Positions 1 through 10,739 of a stretch of 64,000 bases of DNA are shown here, in pieces (the first letter of the stretch is position 1; the number at the start of each line of letters is the position of its first letter). Made by a program: the position numbers and the translations under genes. The stretch comes from Chloroflexota bacterium (lineage in GTDB: Bacteria > Chloroflexota > Chloroflexia > QHBQ01 > JADMIH01), in assembly GCA_027317125.1 (NCBI GenBank), contig DAHVFG010000001.1, positions 2,816 to 66,815 on the forward strand, read 5' to 3'. The notes under the pieces are model-generated. The model ran no database searches and was not told where the DNA came from. It was given only the letters and a program-made list of their open reading frames with translations.

Positions 1-841
1 AATCGTGCCCTATCTCGTACACACGCTCGAAACCGCCCACTATGAGCCGCTTCAGGTATAGCTCGTCGGCTATACGCAGATAAAGAGTCTGGTCGAGCGT
101 GTTGTGGTGAGTGACAAAAGGTCTGGCAGCCGCGCCTCCATAGAGCGACTGCAACACAGGGGTCTCTACCTCCAGGAAGCCGCGAGCGTCAAGGAAGCTC
201 CTTATGTGCGATACAATCTTGCTGCGGGTGCGAAACGTCTGGCGCGCATCTTCGTTGGAGACTAGGTCGAGGTAGCGTTGGCGGTAGCGCGTCTCTACGT
301 CAGAGAGGCCGTGATACTTTTCAGGCAGTGGGTGCAGCGCCTTAGAAAGGAGGTGGTACTTCTCGACGTGCAGCGTTATTTCGCCTGTGCGTGTGCGAAA
401 CATGAAGCCCTCAACCTGTATGAAGTCTCCGAGGTCAAGATAGTTGTTGACAGCCTCGTAGTTCCAGGGTGGCTCTGTCAGGTCATTTACCCGAAAATAG
501 AGCTGCACCCGTCCCGACTCGTCCTCCAAATGAGCGAAAGTAACCTTCCCACCGGGGCGGCGCAGCCTGAGCCTGCCGGCGAGCACAACATGGGGCGCTT
601 CCATCTCTACATTGGTCTCACCCTGTGCGGTTTCTCTCTCTTGCTGAGTGGCTTCCCACTGCCCGAAATCAGCGACCGCTCCTGTGGCGGTGTGGGTCCG
701 GTGCGAGCGTGGCGGATAGGGGTCTATACCCGCCTGCCGCATCTCCTCCAGCTTGTTGAGGCGCTGACGCTCCTGGTCGCCCATGCCAAGCTCGGTAGCG
801 TAGTCTCGCCTCTCTTCTATATTATCATCGTCTTCTGTCAT
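1..841 (-). CDS. lysS: lysine--tRNA ligase, class II (N-terminal ~280 codons; C-terminus lies beyond window start)
   Basis: Reverse-strand translation reads [51 protein letters not shown]... and further ...[78 protein letters not shown] (LysRS anticodon-binding region followed by class II motifs 1-2). Absent from the ORF track because it runs off the window edge. An in-frame alternative ATG lies at 934. The plus-strand ORF 278..1084 is antisense to it. Confidence 0.85.
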   Translation of the reverse strand, partial: MTEDDDNIEERRDYATELGMGDQERQRLNKLEEMRQAGIDPYPPRSHRTHTATGAVADFGQWEATQQERETAQGETNVEMEAPHVVLAGRLRLRRPGGKVTFAHLEDESGRVQLYFRVNDLTEPPWNYEAVNNYLDLGDFIQVEGFMFRTRTGEITLHVEKYHLLSKALHPLPEKYHGLSDVETRYRQRYLDLVSNEDARQTFRTRSKIVSHIRSFLDARGFLEVETPVLQSLYGGAAARPFVTHHNTLDQTLYLRIADELYLKRLIVGGFERVYEIGHD

Positions 842-1249
842 GGCATCTTTTCCTGCTCCATTGATTTTGCCTGGCGTAAAGATGGCTCGCTTCTGTTTAT
901 AACCGATTCTCCCGGTGTCTTCAACATCAGCCATGCTTCTGGATTCGCCTCACTCGAAATCAGCGTACCTGAGCTTGTGAATAGGCTGTACCGTCACAAG
1001 CGCGGCATGAAAACCGGGTGGAACCGCCAATGCGCGAAAGTGCTCCTGATAATCGCAAAATTGGTTATTGCCAAGCGGCAATAACTGTGATACAATCCGA
1101 GTGGTAGAAGCTGGCAAGCTAAAATGTATCGCAAGGTAACTCGCAGTTCCCCTCCCCGGTTAGCGAGCAAGCCCCTCGGAGCACTCCACTGGCCAGGCCT
1201 CACCTGAACGACGACAGGCTTTTATTTCGAAAGGGAAACACAAACTAAT

Positions 1250-1615
1250 ATGGCAGATAGAACACTCACGTGCCGGGATTGCGGCAACAACTTCACCTTC
1301 ACAGAGGGTGAGCAGGACTTCTATTCACAGAGGGGCTTCAGCGAGCCTAATCGCTGCCCTGATTGCCGCGCCGCCAAAAAGGCTTCGCGCAACAGCGGTG
1401 GATATGGCGATAGCTACGGCAACGGCGGTGGCTATGGTGGTGGCAGTTATGGCGGCGGCCGCGCCGAGCGCACCATGACCCAGGTTGTATGCGCGAGCTG
1501 TGGCAAAGACACCGAGGTGCCCTTCGTACCTCGCGGCGACAAGCCCGTTTATTGCTCAGATTGCTATAGCCAGCAGGGCGGCAACAGCCGCGGTGGTGGT
1601 CGTAGCCGCTACTAG
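1250..1615 (+). CDS. tandem zinc-ribbon protein (two CxxC-x17-CxxC ribbons joined by a Gly/Tyr-rich linker)
   Basis: TCRDCGNNFTFTEGEQDFYSQRGFSEPNRCPDCR and VCASCGKDTEVPFVPRGDKPVYCSDCY, separated by a GGYGDSYGNGGGYGGGSYGGG linker. Pattern typical of the probable zinc-ribbon (zf-trcl-like) small-protein family. Confidence 0.7.
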   Translation: MADRTLTCRDCGNNFTFTEGEQDFYSQRGFSEPNRCPDCRAAKKASRNSGGYGDSYGNGGGYGGGSYGGGRAERTMTQVVCASCGKDTEVPFVPRGDKPVYCSDCYSQQGGNSRGGGRSRY

Positions 1616-1684
1616 TCCATCTCTGTCGAGGGGAGGGATCTAAAGCCTGGGCGCAGGCAAAAATCTAGCGACAAGTTATGGATA

Positions 1685-1722
1685 GAAGAGCCCGGAGATT
1701 ATCTCCGGGCTCTTCTTAATTT
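1685..1722. terminator. bidirectional intrinsic terminator between convergent genes
   Basis: Perfect hairpin AAGAGCCCGGAGATT/ATCTCCGGGCTCTT flanked by T-rich (plus) and A-rich (minus) tracts, between the convergent zinc-ribbon and esterase genes. Confidence 0.55.
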
Positions 1723-1782
1723 GCCGCTCGTATCGCTTTGTGCGTACTCCGTAACTCACGCAATACGCAACACGAGCCCATT

Positions 1783-2445
1783 TCACGCATCAAGCTCATT
1801 GGTCAGCCAGTCGCTCAGGTCATACAAGCTTTCTTCGCTGATGCTGTGGCCTATCGGATATTCCCGGTAGGTCACTTGAGCTTGCGCTGCCTCCAGGTAC
1901 TCGTGAGCATCGCGGCCAAAAGTTACAGGTATTACATCGTCGTACTTGCCATGCGCTACAAAGTAGCCTTTGCCTGCTATCTTGCCGGGCTGCAAATCCA
2001 AACCGGAGTTGATGGGCACGTAGCCGCTGTGCATTACCACACCTCGCACCCTCTCCGGCACAACAAGCGACAGCGCCGCCGACATGACAGCCCCCTGGCT
2101 GAAGCCCATCAGATATAGCCGCTGCGGGTCTATGCCGTAGGCAGGTAACATCCCATCTATGAACTCTCGCAGATCACCGATGCTCGATTGCATAGCTTCG
2201 GCGTCGGCATAGCCTGCCTCACCCATAACATACCAGGCGAAGCCGGGCGGCAACCTGTAAGGTGCACGGGCGCTTACTACAGTAAGCCTGGGGTCCAGCG
2301 CATCCACAAGCCCCATCAAGTCGGCTTCGTCCGAGCCTCGGCCGTGCAGCAGCAGCAAGCCGGGAAGACCTCTCTCTGCCCCTTCCCCTTCGCCTCTCCC
2401 CGGACGCACAAGATGTGCCAGCTTCAATTTCGTTTCACTATCCAT
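1783..2445 (-). CDS. alpha/beta hydrolase, phospholipase/carboxylesterase family
   Basis: LLLLHGRGSDEADL... nucleophile-elbow GFSQG, later HGKYDDVIP and C-terminal GHSI. About 220 aa, typical of this family. Confidence 0.75.
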   Translation of the reverse strand: MDSETKLKLAHLVRPGRGEGEGAERGLPGLLLLHGRGSDEADLMGLVDALDPRLTVVSARAPYRLPPGFAWYVMGEAGYADAEAMQSSIGDLREFIDGMLPAYGIDPQRLYLMGFSQGAVMSAALSLVVPERVRGVVMHSGYVPINSGLDLQPGKIAGKGYFVAHGKYDDVIPVTFGRDAHEYLEAAQAQVTYREYPIGHSISEESLYDLSDWLTNELDA

Positions 2446-2825
2446 TGCTTTATCAACTCTGGCGTCCGCGCTACTCTACTGTTATCTATACCCGCAGACG
2501 CGCTCTCCTATCCCCGCCATTTTACTATATTTCCTTTGCCCTTCCGCTACCTTGCCCTACTTCCTTGCCAGCTTTGCCCTGTTTTGCTGCAAAGAGCCAT
2601 AAGCTTAACTGCCAGGCGGGCCAGCTTTGCCAACTCGTAGAGGTCTCCATGTTGCTCAAGTGGCTGCGCAAGTGAGCGCGCAGTGTACCCATCTGTATAG
2701 GACACCAAGTTGGGCCTCCCTGTAACAAAAGCCAGACTAGAAATAGCACTCTCCTTTGGTGATACGCTGCTGGCGGTGCGATCCTTACAGTTAACACCTG
2801 AGAATGGTAAAATATGACTCAAGCT

Positions 2826-2933
2826 CGTGAAGCGTGAAAGGTGAGGGATTATGGATAATCTATCTTTACCTCTCACTCCTCACGCGATAGGTATTACTCA
2901 ATATTCATCACGCTTCACGCATCCGTTTCACGC
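2826..2933. repeat. small TIR-bounded palindromic repeat, family B, copy A (core GAGGGATTAT-N-TATCTTTACCTC)
   Basis: Left TIR CGTGAAGCGTGA (2826-2837) and right TCACGCTTCACG (2908-2919), plus an extra CGTTTCACGC. Core shared with copies at 4036, 22461 and 28208. Confidence 0.5.
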
Positions 2934-2967
2934 TTTACTCTAATCCCTGAAAAGCAGGTGCCACCCA

Positions 2968-4041
2968 ATGTCGCTGATCCGATTACCCGGCTTGATAGAC
3001 CCACACGTTCATCTGCGTGACCCCGGTGCGACATATAAAGAAGATTTCTTGACAGGCACACGGGCGGCTGTCGCGGGCGGCTTCACAATTCTGCTCGACA
3101 TGCCCAACAACCCCGGCGACCCGGCGATCAGCCCTGATGCCCTCTCGCGCAAAGCAAGCGCGGCGGCGGGCAAGCTCTGCTGCGACGTGGGCTGCTTTTA
3201 CGGCGCTACACCTGACAACACAGGCACCTACGGGCAGGTGCTTAGCCGCGTCTTTGGCTTGAAGCTTTACCTGGATCATACTACAGGCAGCCTCAAGATA
3301 GAGGAGCTTGAAACGATACGCAAGATAATGCTCGCCTGGCCCGCGTATAAGCCGCTATGCGTCCACGCCGAAGACCGCACCGTGGCTATGGTCCTCGGCC
3401 TCCTCCCTTCCGTGAATAGGAGCGTCCACTTCTGCCATATCAGCGAAAAGGTGGAGATAGAGCTTATACGCGATGCCAAAGAGCGCGGTCTACCCGTCAC
3501 CTGCGAGGTAACCCCCCACCATCTCTATCTTACGCAAGATGACCTGCCTCGGCTCGGCGGCTACGGTGTGATGAAGCCACCTCTCAAACGGCCCAAAGAT
3601 GTAGACGCGCTGTGGGCTAACATAGATGTCATAGATATGATCGCCACCGACCATGCTCCCCACACTCTGGAAGAGAAGAGCGTCCCAAACCCCGCCTTCG
3701 GCGTTCCCGGCCTGGAAACTTCGCTGCCGCTGATGCTCACCGCAGTACACAACGGGAAGCTTACCCTCGACAGATTGGTTGAGATGATGCGCATCGCCCC
3801 TGCCCGGCTTTTTCATTTGCCTGAGCAAGCGGAAACATATATTGAAGTAGACCCCGACCGTAAGTGGCTCATCTCTTCGGCCAATCTACAAACAAAGTGC
3901 GGCTGGACCCCCTTCGACGGCATGGAAGTAACCGGCGCTGTTGCCTCCGTAACACTACGCGGGCACGAGATCGCCAGGGAGGGCCAGCTCGCCTCAACGC
4001 CTGGCGGTCGTCTATTAGCGCCCAATGAAGCCGACGTGTGA
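2968..4041 (+). CDS. pyrC: dihydroorotase-like cyclic amidohydrolase
   Basis: N-terminal DPHVHLRDPG metal-binding HxH motif, later CVHAED, ATDHAPH. Overall amidohydrolase superfamily / DHOase-like pattern, 357 aa. Confidence 0.7.
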   Translation: MSLIRLPGLIDPHVHLRDPGATYKEDFLTGTRAAVAGGFTILLDMPNNPGDPAISPDALSRKASAAAGKLCCDVGCFYGATPDNTGTYGQVLSRVFGLKLYLDHTTGSLKIEELETIRKIMLAWPAYKPLCVHAEDRTVAMVLGLLPSVNRSVHFCHISEKVEIELIRDAKERGLPVTCEVTPHHLYLTQDDLPRLGGYGVMKPPLKRPKDVDALWANIDVIDMIATDHAPHTLEEKSVPNPAFGVPGLETSLPLMLTAVHNGKLTLDRLVEMMRIAPARLFHLPEQAETYIEVDPDRKWLISSANLQTKCGWTPFDGMEVTGAVASVTLRGHEIAREGQLASTPGGRLLAPNEADV

Positions 4042-4083
4042 AAGGTGAAAGTTGAGGGATTATCGATGATTTATCTCTACCTC
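4036..4083. repeat. family B repeat copy B (GTGAAAGGTGAAAGTTGAGGGATTATCGATGATTTATCTCTACCTC)
   Basis: Same core as 2838-2872 and the reverse complement of 22490-22530. Lies immediately 3' of the pyrC-like stop, so the pyrC-like gene is flanked by two copies. Confidence 0.4.
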
Positions 4084-4223
4084 AAGAGTATGACGCAATG
4101 CACAGTACTCTGCACTCATCCTTTAATGGCATAGAGCTTGCACTTGCTTTACAATAAGGTGTAACGTAACCTTTAGCGCACCTTGCTAAAGATGTGACCG
4201 GGGCGTACTGGAAGGAGCATACG

Positions 4224-5567
4224 ATGCCCAGAGAACCGCGGAGTGGGGGCAACCCCGCCAAAGCCAGGGCAGGCAAAGAGACCGGCACCCAAAACGAGGG
4301 TTCATCACCTTCCAACTCAATCATCAATCTAACCGCCGCATGTGGCGAGGACAGCGACATAGATAAAGCCCGTGATTATGTGCCTGCCCCCGAACCGGCG
4401 GGCACAGCAATCGCCATGTCGGAAAGCCCTGAGGGCGAAAAGCTCTACCGCGACATCAAAGGGCTGGAGATGGCGTCGCTGCAAGACCCCGACCCTGAAG
4501 ATGCTTTGTTGGGGATAGCGGCAGCTGAGGAGCTCGACGCGCTGCCGATAGTCGAGCCGATAGAGGCAGGCGGCATTTCCATTCAGCATGACGGGGAAGA
4601 GCAGCCGCACGACGGACGTCATCGCTCTATACGAGTAGCCAATGTCAGGCGCAACTCTACAAATATAGAAGACGATGAAGATGATAACGAGGATATTGAT
4701 ACAAGCCTCGACAAGCTTTCCAGGTTAGACCCGAGCTTCGTCTCCGATCCTGTGCGCCTCTACCTGCGCGAGATCAGCGCCGCGCCTCTACTCTCCGGTG
4801 AGCAGGAGCTTGAGTTAGCGCGCAAGATAGGCGAGGGCGATGTAGAAGCCACGCAGAAGTTCGTTCTTGCCAACCTGCGCCTTGTCGTGAGCATCGCCAA
4901 GAAATATGTGGGGCGCGGCCTTACCCTCCTCGACCTGGTGCAAGAAGGCAACATGGGCCTGCTGAGGGCAGTGCATAAGTTTGATCCAGGCAGAGGCTAT
5001 AAGTTCTCCACATACGCCACATGGTGGATACGCCAGGCGATTCTGCGTGCAATATCCGAGCAGGCGCGCACGATTCGGTTGCCCGCACATATAGGTGAAG
5101 CTATGGGCAAAATAGCGCACGTAAGCCAGGAGATATCGCAGAGGCTTGGCCGCCCCGCCCACGCGGAGGAGATAGGCGAGGCTATGGGGATGTCGGGCGC
5201 ACGTATACGTGAGATATTACGCGCTGCGGAGACCCCGGTCTCGTTGGATTCGCCTGTGGGCGATGAGGCCGACGAGAACCAGCTGCAAAACTTTATCAGC
5301 GATGACGAAGCAGCTACCCCCGAAGAGGAAGCCACCCGCGAGCTATTGAAAGATCAACTTGAGACCGCCCTCGAAGAAGTGCTAACCCCACGTGAAAAGA
5401 TAGTGTTGCAATTGCGCTTCGGCCTAGGCGACGGGCACCAGTACCCCCTGGAAAAAGTGGGCGAGCATCTGGGCGTCACCAGAGAGCGTGTGCGCCAAAT
5501 AGAAGCTGAAGCTCTACGCAAACTCCGCCAGCCCGCTCTGACTGAGAAGTTCAGGGATTACCTCTAA
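4224..5567 (+). CDS. rpoD: RNA polymerase sigma-70 factor, RpoD/SigA-like (full regions 1.2-4; acidic N-terminal region)
   Basis: [21 protein letters not shown]...; region 2 [56 protein letters not shown]; region 4 [35 protein letters not shown] 6 nt before the ATG at 4224. The track ORF begins at an upstream GTG (4194). Confidence 0.85.
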   Translation: MPREPRSGGNPAKARAGKETGTQNEGSSPSNSIINLTAACGEDSDIDKARDYVPAPEPAGTAIAMSESPEGEKLYRDIKGLEMASLQDPDPEDALLGIAAAEELDALPIVEPIEAGGISIQHDGEEQPHDGRHRSIRVANVRRNSTNIEDDEDDNEDIDTSLDKLSRLDPSFVSDPVRLYLREISAAPLLSGEQELELARKIGEGDVEATQKFVLANLRLVVSIAKKYVGRGLTLLDLVQEGNMGLLRAVHKFDPGRGYKFSTYATWWIRQAILRAISEQARTIRLPAHIGEAMGKIAHVSQEISQRLGRPAHAEEIGEAMGMSGARIREILRAAETPVSLDSPVGDEADENQLQNFISDDEAATPEEEATRELLKDQLETALEEVLTPREKIVLQLRFGLGDGHQYPLEKVGEHLGVTRERVRQIEAEALRKLRQPALTEKFRDYL

Positions 5568-5880
5568 AGAGCGTCTTGTATGCAGCAGGAAGGCGCATAG
5601 GGTTAGCTTGTGCCAAACGGCGTCACACCGGCACCCAACGATTGCTGTCCATATCTTCTTCAAACCCGGGCCAACAGAATCCAAAAGGTGAAAGCTTTAG
5701 CCCATTATCGTTCGCGTCAGGCTTATTCCGGTGTAACTATATACCCTCTCTGCCGTTCTATAGATGTACATCACAACTGCTCCAAAGGGGGAGTACAAAC
5801 GTATGTGTTAGCAGTGGCGGATAGCCACCGGGGTTGGTATAATGTATCTGGCGGCTTTCTCAATCGCCCTGAGAGGATTT

Positions 5881-7785
5881 ATGACACGACTCCTTGATAC
5901 TATCAATGATCCCTCGGATCTGCGAGGTCTCTCCAACGAAGAACTTGAACTGCTCGCGCAGGAAGTGCGGCAAGAAATTATCAGCACAATCAACCTCATT
6001 GGTGGGCACTACGCCTCGAACCTGGGCACCGTCGAGCTTACAGTAGCCCTTCATAAGGTCTTTAACTCGCCCCAGGACAAAATTGTCTGGGACGTGGGGC
6101 ACCAGGCATACCCTCACAAGATACTCACGGGCCGACGTGATAAGTTTGATACAATCCGGCAGTACGGGGGCCTCAGCGGTTTTCTTTCGCGGGAGGAGAG
6201 CGTACACGACGCTTTTGGCGCCGGCCACGCCTCAACATCTATATCAGCCGCTTATGGTATGGCTGTAGCTCGCGACCTCAAAGGCGAGAGAAATCATGTG
6301 CTGGCTGTCATAGGCGACGGCGCGATGACGGGGGGCATGGCTTTCGAGGCGCTCAATAACGCGGGGCACTCGAATCACCGGTTCATCGTAATACTAAACG
6401 ACAACGAGATGTCTATTGCGCCCAATGTTGGCGCTCTTTCCAAGTATCTCTATAACGTGCGTACAGACCCACGCTACAGCCGCGCCAAGATGGGCGTCGA
6501 ACGGGTGCTTACCCATGTGCCGATGGGCCGGAAAATGCTCGGCTTCGGCAAGCGCTTCAAGAACTCGGTCAAAGAGTTCGTAGTGCCCTCTATGATCTGG
6601 GAAGAGCTGGGCTTCGTTTATCTTGGGCCTGTAGATGGGCACGATATAGGCCAGCTTATCGAGGTGCTCGAAGCGGCTAAACAGTGTGAGCGCCCCGTTT
6701 TCATCCATGCCCTCACCGTCAAAGGCAAAGGCCATGCTGTAGCCGAGGAAGATGCCGTAAAGTGGCACGCCGTTTCTCCGCCGGGCAAAATGGGAGCGCC
6801 CAGGCCCACAGCGCCCAGGTTCCAGGAGGTCTTCGCCGACGCTTTGATAGAGATAGCAAAGATAGATAAGCGCGTGGTAGCTATCACCGCCGCCATGCCC
6901 GATGGCACGTCACTCAACAAGTTTGCTGATGTCTTCCCCGATCGTTTCTTCGATGTGGGCATAGCCGAACAGCATGCCGTGACTTTCGCGGCGGGGTTGG
7001 CCTGCGAAAATATCAAGCCGGTTTGCGCTATCTATTCGACCTTCCTGCAGCGCGCTTATGATCAGGTGATACACGACGTTTGCATACAGAAGCTGCCCGT
7101 CGTCTTCGCGATGGACAGAGGTGGTGTGGTTGGCGACGATGGACGCACACACCAGGGTGCATTCGACATCTCATACCTGCGCCCTATACCCAACATGGTG
7201 CTGATGGCTCCTAAAGACGAGAACGAGCTGCGACACATGGTTTACACCGCTGTACAGCATGATGGCCCTATAGCCTTCCGCTATCCGCGTGGCAACGGCT
7301 ACGGCGTCGAGATGGACGATGAGCTACAGGCGCTGCCCATCGGCAAGGCTGAGGTGCTTCGCAAAGGCACCGACCTGGCGATTGTTGCTTATGGCAGCCC
7401 GGTAAACGCGGCTATGGCAGCCGCCGACATGCTGGCTGTAGACGGTATAGAAGCTGCCGTGATAAACGCTCGCTTCGCCAAACCTGTAGACGAAGAGCTA
7501 CTTGCCAATCTGGGCGCTAATTTCCGCCGCATCCTGACTGTCGAAGAAGGCGCTATACCTGGCGGCTTCGGTGATGCTGTGCTGGAGTTCTTTCACTCGC
7601 ACGACAACCTCTCTGAGCCGAAGATACACTCTATAGGCTTGCCTGATATCTTCGTGGATCATGGCCCACAGGCGATGTGGCGCGACAGGTTCAATATGTC
7701 AGCAGAAGGCATAGTACGTGAGGTGAAAAAGCACTTCTCAGACCTTTACCTGGTGCAGCGCACGATAGTAGCAGCCGCGCAGTAG
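5881..7785 (+). CDS. dxs: 1-deoxy-D-xylulose-5-phosphate synthase
   Basis: MTRLLDTINDPSDLRGLSNEEL..., GGHYASNLGTVELTVALHKVF, DVGHQAYPHKILTGRR (TPP-binding), AIGDGAMTGG. GAGAGGA RBS precedes the ATG at 5881. Confidence 0.9.
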   Translation: MTRLLDTINDPSDLRGLSNEELELLAQEVRQEIISTINLIGGHYASNLGTVELTVALHKVFNSPQDKIVWDVGHQAYPHKILTGRRDKFDTIRQYGGLSGFLSREESVHDAFGAGHASTSISAAYGMAVARDLKGERNHVLAVIGDGAMTGGMAFEALNNAGHSNHRFIVILNDNEMSIAPNVGALSKYLYNVRTDPRYSRAKMGVERVLTHVPMGRKMLGFGKRFKNSVKEFVVPSMIWEELGFVYLGPVDGHDIGQLIEVLEAAKQCERPVFIHALTVKGKGHAVAEEDAVKWHAVSPPGKMGAPRPTAPRFQEVFADALIEIAKIDKRVVAITAAMPDGTSLNKFADVFPDRFFDVGIAEQHAVTFAAGLACENIKPVCAIYSTFLQRAYDQVIHDVCIQKLPVVFAMDRGGVVGDDGRTHQGAFDISYLRPIPNMVLMAPKDENELRHMVYTAVQHDGPIAFRYPRGNGYGVEMDDELQALPIGKAEVLRKGTDLAIVAYGSPVNAAMAAADMLAVDGIEAAVINARFAKPVDEELLANLGANFRRILTVEEGAIPGGFGDAVLEFFHSHDNLSEPKIHSIGLPDIFVDHGPQAMWRDRFNMSAEGIVREVKKHFSDLYLVQRTIVAAAQ

Positions 7786-7809
7786 CAGCCGCGCAGTAGC
7801 AGCCGCGCA
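7768..7809. repeat. 3 x 14-bp perfect tandem repeat (GTAGCAGCCGCGCA) spanning the dxs stop codon
   Basis: ATAGTAGCAGCCGCGCAGTAGCAGCCGCGCAGTAGCAGCCGCGCAC. The first unit encodes the dxs C-terminus (..VAAAQ*). Each unit carries TAG. Confidence 0.6.
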
Positions 7810-7892
7810 CAAAGATTAGCTGTATCTCCTGCCTTCGGCAGAGTTACGAGTTACGACTTGGCGTCACCTACAGATAATGCTCCATTTATACA

Positions 7893-8495
7893 ATGCCTTT
7901 GACTGCCTCGCTACCTTCCAACATAGTTTCACGTAGAAGCCGGCCTGAGCAGTACACCCCCAACAATAAATCACTCCTCCTGCACATAGGCGCGGGTAAG
8001 CGCAAAATTGTAGGCGCGATTACCCTCGACATCAACCCGCGCACGCATCCCGATGTGGTGTGGGACCTCAACTCCTTCCCTTACCCATTCAACGACTCTA
8101 CCTTCGGCACGGTTGTCTGCGAGCATGTGCTGGAGCATCTTGATAGTATCGTTCAGGTCATGGAGGAATTGCACCGCATCACGCAGCCGCAAGGCCGCAT
8201 ATGGATACGCGTACCGTACTTCACCAGCCTCAACTTCAACACCGACCCAACCCACACCCACGCTTTCTCCTCGCGCAGCTTCGACTATCTCTGCCTCGGC
8301 ACCGGCCTCGTCAACTACGACTACTCAACGGTGCGCTTCCGCAAGCTGGTAGCCCGAATGACCATGCGCCCGCTCACGCCCGCCAATCGCACGCTGATGC
8401 GTCTGATAAATCTCTTCCTTTCTTTCTATGAAGAGCATTTAGCGTATATAATCCCAGGGCAGGAGCTATTATTTGTGCTGGAAGTGGTAAAGTAG
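7893..8495 (+). CDS. class I SAM-dependent methyltransferase (Methyltransf_11/23-like)
   Basis: LLHIGAGKRKIVGAITLDI (motif I), VWDLNSFPYPFNDSTFGTVVCEHVLEHL (motifs II-III), RITQPQGRIWIRVP. Confidence 0.6.
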   Translation: MPLTASLPSNIVSRRSRPEQYTPNNKSLLLHIGAGKRKIVGAITLDINPRTHPDVVWDLNSFPYPFNDSTFGTVVCEHVLEHLDSIVQVMEELHRITQPQGRIWIRVPYFTSLNFNTDPTHTHAFSSRSFDYLCLGTGLVNYDYSTVRFRKLVARMTMRPLTPANRTLMRLINLFLSFYEEHLAYIIPGQELLFVLEVVK

Positions 8496-8547
8496 AGGGC
8501 CAGGGATCAGAAATTAGCCGTCTTTTGGCAGTTATCAGGGAGAAATT

Positions 8548-9342
8548 ATGCCGCCTTTTGAGATTGTCGCCCACAGAGGCGCTACTATGTATGCCCCAGA
8601 AAATACTATGGAGGCATTCGAGCGTGCTGTGGAGTTGGGCGCGGAGTGGATTGAGCTTGATATGAGACTCACGAGGGACAGAGTTGCGGTGGTTTATCAC
8701 CACTTCTACATGGGCGTGACCACGCCACTTCTCGGCCCCATCTTCGACTACACATGCGATGCGCTACGGGACACGCAAGTCGCTGGAAGTGAATGCAAAA
8801 TCCCGCTCCTATCCGAGGTGTTGCAGCAGTTTAGCGGGCGCATCGGGCTGGAAATTGAGCTGAAAGGGCCGGAGCCTGAAGCCGTTGGCATCGTAAGTAA
8901 AGCGCTCAGCGATTACCGGCAGCAGTGGGATACTTTCGCGGTTACTTCTTTTGAGCCATCTCTTCTCTTAGCTATCCAGCAAGCATGCCCAGGACTCGAC
9001 ACTGCTTTGATATGCCGTCCAGAAAGTTGGATGGACTCCGACGTAATAGCGTATGATGCTGTGCATCGTGCTCAGCTAGCTAATACAAGGACTGTCCACT
9101 TGTTGCCTCAGCATATTTCGAGCGACACTCTCAATCGAATAGGCTGCGCGGGAGTGGATGTGCGTTGTGGGCCGGCGAACGACAGCGACACGCTACGCAG
9201 AATGATTGAAGTTGGGATAAAACGAATATGCACGGACAATCTGGACGAAGCTCTTGCGGTGCGTCAGCAGATCGTCGCTGAGAATACAAAACCCTGGAAC
9301 CTTACCTTTCACCCGGGAGCTTGCAAAGGGGAGCAGCCATGA
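8548..9342 (+). CDS. glycerophosphodiester phosphodiesterase family protein
   Basis: [40 protein letters not shown] matches the GDPD catalytic His/Glu-Asp signature. Confidence 0.75.
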   Translation: MPPFEIVAHRGATMYAPENTMEAFERAVELGAEWIELDMRLTRDRVAVVYHHFYMGVTTPLLGPIFDYTCDALRDTQVAGSECKIPLLSEVLQQFSGRIGLEIELKGPEPEAVGIVSKALSDYRQQWDTFAVTSFEPSLLLAIQQACPGLDTALICRPESWMDSDVIAYDAVHRAQLANTRTVHLLPQHISSDTLNRIGCAGVDVRCGPANDSDTLRRMIEVGIKRICTDNLDEALAVRQQIVAENTKPWNLTFHPGACKGEQP

Positions 9343-10370
9343 GCATAGAGAAGCGCAAGGGCGATCACATACGCATCTGCCTGGAAGAGGACGTTAGCGG
9401 GCGGGAGATTACAGCGGGCTTTGAGTGCTACAGCTTCGTACATCAAGCGTTGCCTGAAATAAAGCTGCAAGATGTAGACACCTCCACCGAGCTGTGGGGT
9501 CGGAAGATGAAAGTGCCGCTCCTCATCTCCTCGATGACAGGGGGTGCGCCCCAGGCGCAGGAGATAAACCGCAACCTGGCCGTCGCCGCGCAAGAAGTTG
9601 GCCTGGCAATAGGCGTCGGCTCTCAACGTGCCGCTTTGCGACACCCTGAGCTTGCGCCCACTTACCAGGTGCGCCCCTTCGCGCCCGACATACCTATCTT
9701 CGCCAACATCGGCGCGGTGCAACTCAACTATTCCTATGGTGTTGACGAGTGCAGGCGTGCCGTTGATATGATCGGGGCCGACGCGCTTATCTTGCACCTG
9801 AACCCTTTGCAGGAGGCGGTGCAACCCGAAGGCGACACCAACTTCGCAGGGCTGGCGGATAAGATAGCGCAAGTCTGCCGTGAGATAGATGTGCCTGTGA
9901 TCGTCAAAGAGGTGGGTTGGGGAATATCGCTCGACGCAGCCCGGTTGCTCTGGGAGGCAGGGGTCGCGGCTATTGATGTAGCAGGGGCGGGCGGCACATC
10001 GTGGAGCCAGGTAGAGCTTCACCGCATCCCCACAGAGCATGGCCGCCTTGTGGCTGAGGCTTTCGCAGAGTGGGGTATACCTACCGCCATCAGCCTCAAA
10101 ACAATAGCCGAAGCAGGTGTCCTACCAGAAAAGAAGCTCTTCGCAAGCGGCGGTATACGCAACGGCATAGACGCCGCAAAAGCCATAGCTCTGGGCGCTG
10201 ACCTTGCGGGGGTGGCGCGGCCCTTCCTCAAAGCTGCCGCTATATCGGCGGAAGCCGCGGTCGAGCTAGGCAGCGTGCTGCGCGACCAGATGAGAATAGC
10301 CATGTTCGCAATAGGATGCCCAAATCTGCACGACCTTAAGGGCACATATCGCCTGATAGAGAAGGGGTAG
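9339..10370 (+). CDS. fni: isopentenyl-diphosphate delta-isomerase, type 2 (FMN-dependent)
   Basis: [17 protein letters not shown]..., [86 protein letters not shown] before the ATG at 9339. Confidence 0.85.
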   Translation: MSIEKRKGDHIRICLEEDVSGREITAGFECYSFVHQALPEIKLQDVDTSTELWGRKMKVPLLISSMTGGAPQAQEINRNLAVAAQEVGLAIGVGSQRAALRHPELAPTYQVRPFAPDIPIFANIGAVQLNYSYGVDECRRAVDMIGADALILHLNPLQEAVQPEGDTNFAGLADKIAQVCREIDVPVIVKEVGWGISLDAARLLWEAGVAAIDVAGAGGTSWSQVELHRIPTEHGRLVAEAFAEWGIPTAISLKTIAEAGVLPEKKLFASGGIRNGIDAAKAIALGADLAGVARPFLKAAAISAEAAVELGSVLRDQMRIAMFAIGCPNLHDLKGTYRLIEKG

Positions 10371-10373
10371 AGG

Positions 10374-10739
10374 ATGCCAGTAATTGGCCTTGACCATGTG
10401 CAGGTTGCCGCGCCGCGCACTCCTCAAGCCGAGGAGCAGGCACGCGCCTTCTACGGCGGGCTGCTGGCTCTGCGCGAGCTCGAGAAGCCGGAGTCTCTAA
10501 AAGCAAATGGCGGCGTTTGGTTCGCCACCGGAGCCGGAGACCTGCATATCGGCCTGGAAGAGCCGTTCGTTCCCGCCCACAAAGCGCACCCGGCGTTGCT
10601 TGTGCGCGAGCTCGACTCTTTGCGTACACATCTGAGAGCGCACAATGTGCCTACCTCTGAAGCTGAGATTATACCAGGAGCTAGACGCTTTTACGTCTAC
10701 GATCCCTTTGGAAACAGGATCGAGCTGGTAGAGAGATGA
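10374..10739 (+). CDS. VOC/glyoxalase-bleomycin resistance family protein
   Basis: GLDHVQVAAP... and C-terminal FYVYDPFGNRIELVE, typical of the glyoxalase fold. Confidence 0.6.
   Translation: MPVIGLDHVQVAAPRTPQAEEQARAFYGGLLALRELEKPESLKANGGVWFATGAGDLHIGLEEPFVPAHKAHPALLVRELDSLRTHLRAHNVPTSEAEIIPGARRFYVYDPFGNRIELVER

Noticed and set aside
278-1084. 268-aa plus-strand ORF at the window start
   Set aside because: It lies entirely antisense to a well-supported lysS reading frame, which is truncated by the window edge and so missing from the track. Its protein has no recognisable features. Treated as a shadow ORF.
9309-10040. 243-aa minus-strand ORF overlapping the type-2 IPP isomerase gene
   Set aside because: It is antisense to a strongly supported fni gene. 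High-GC genomes generate long antisense ORFs by chance.
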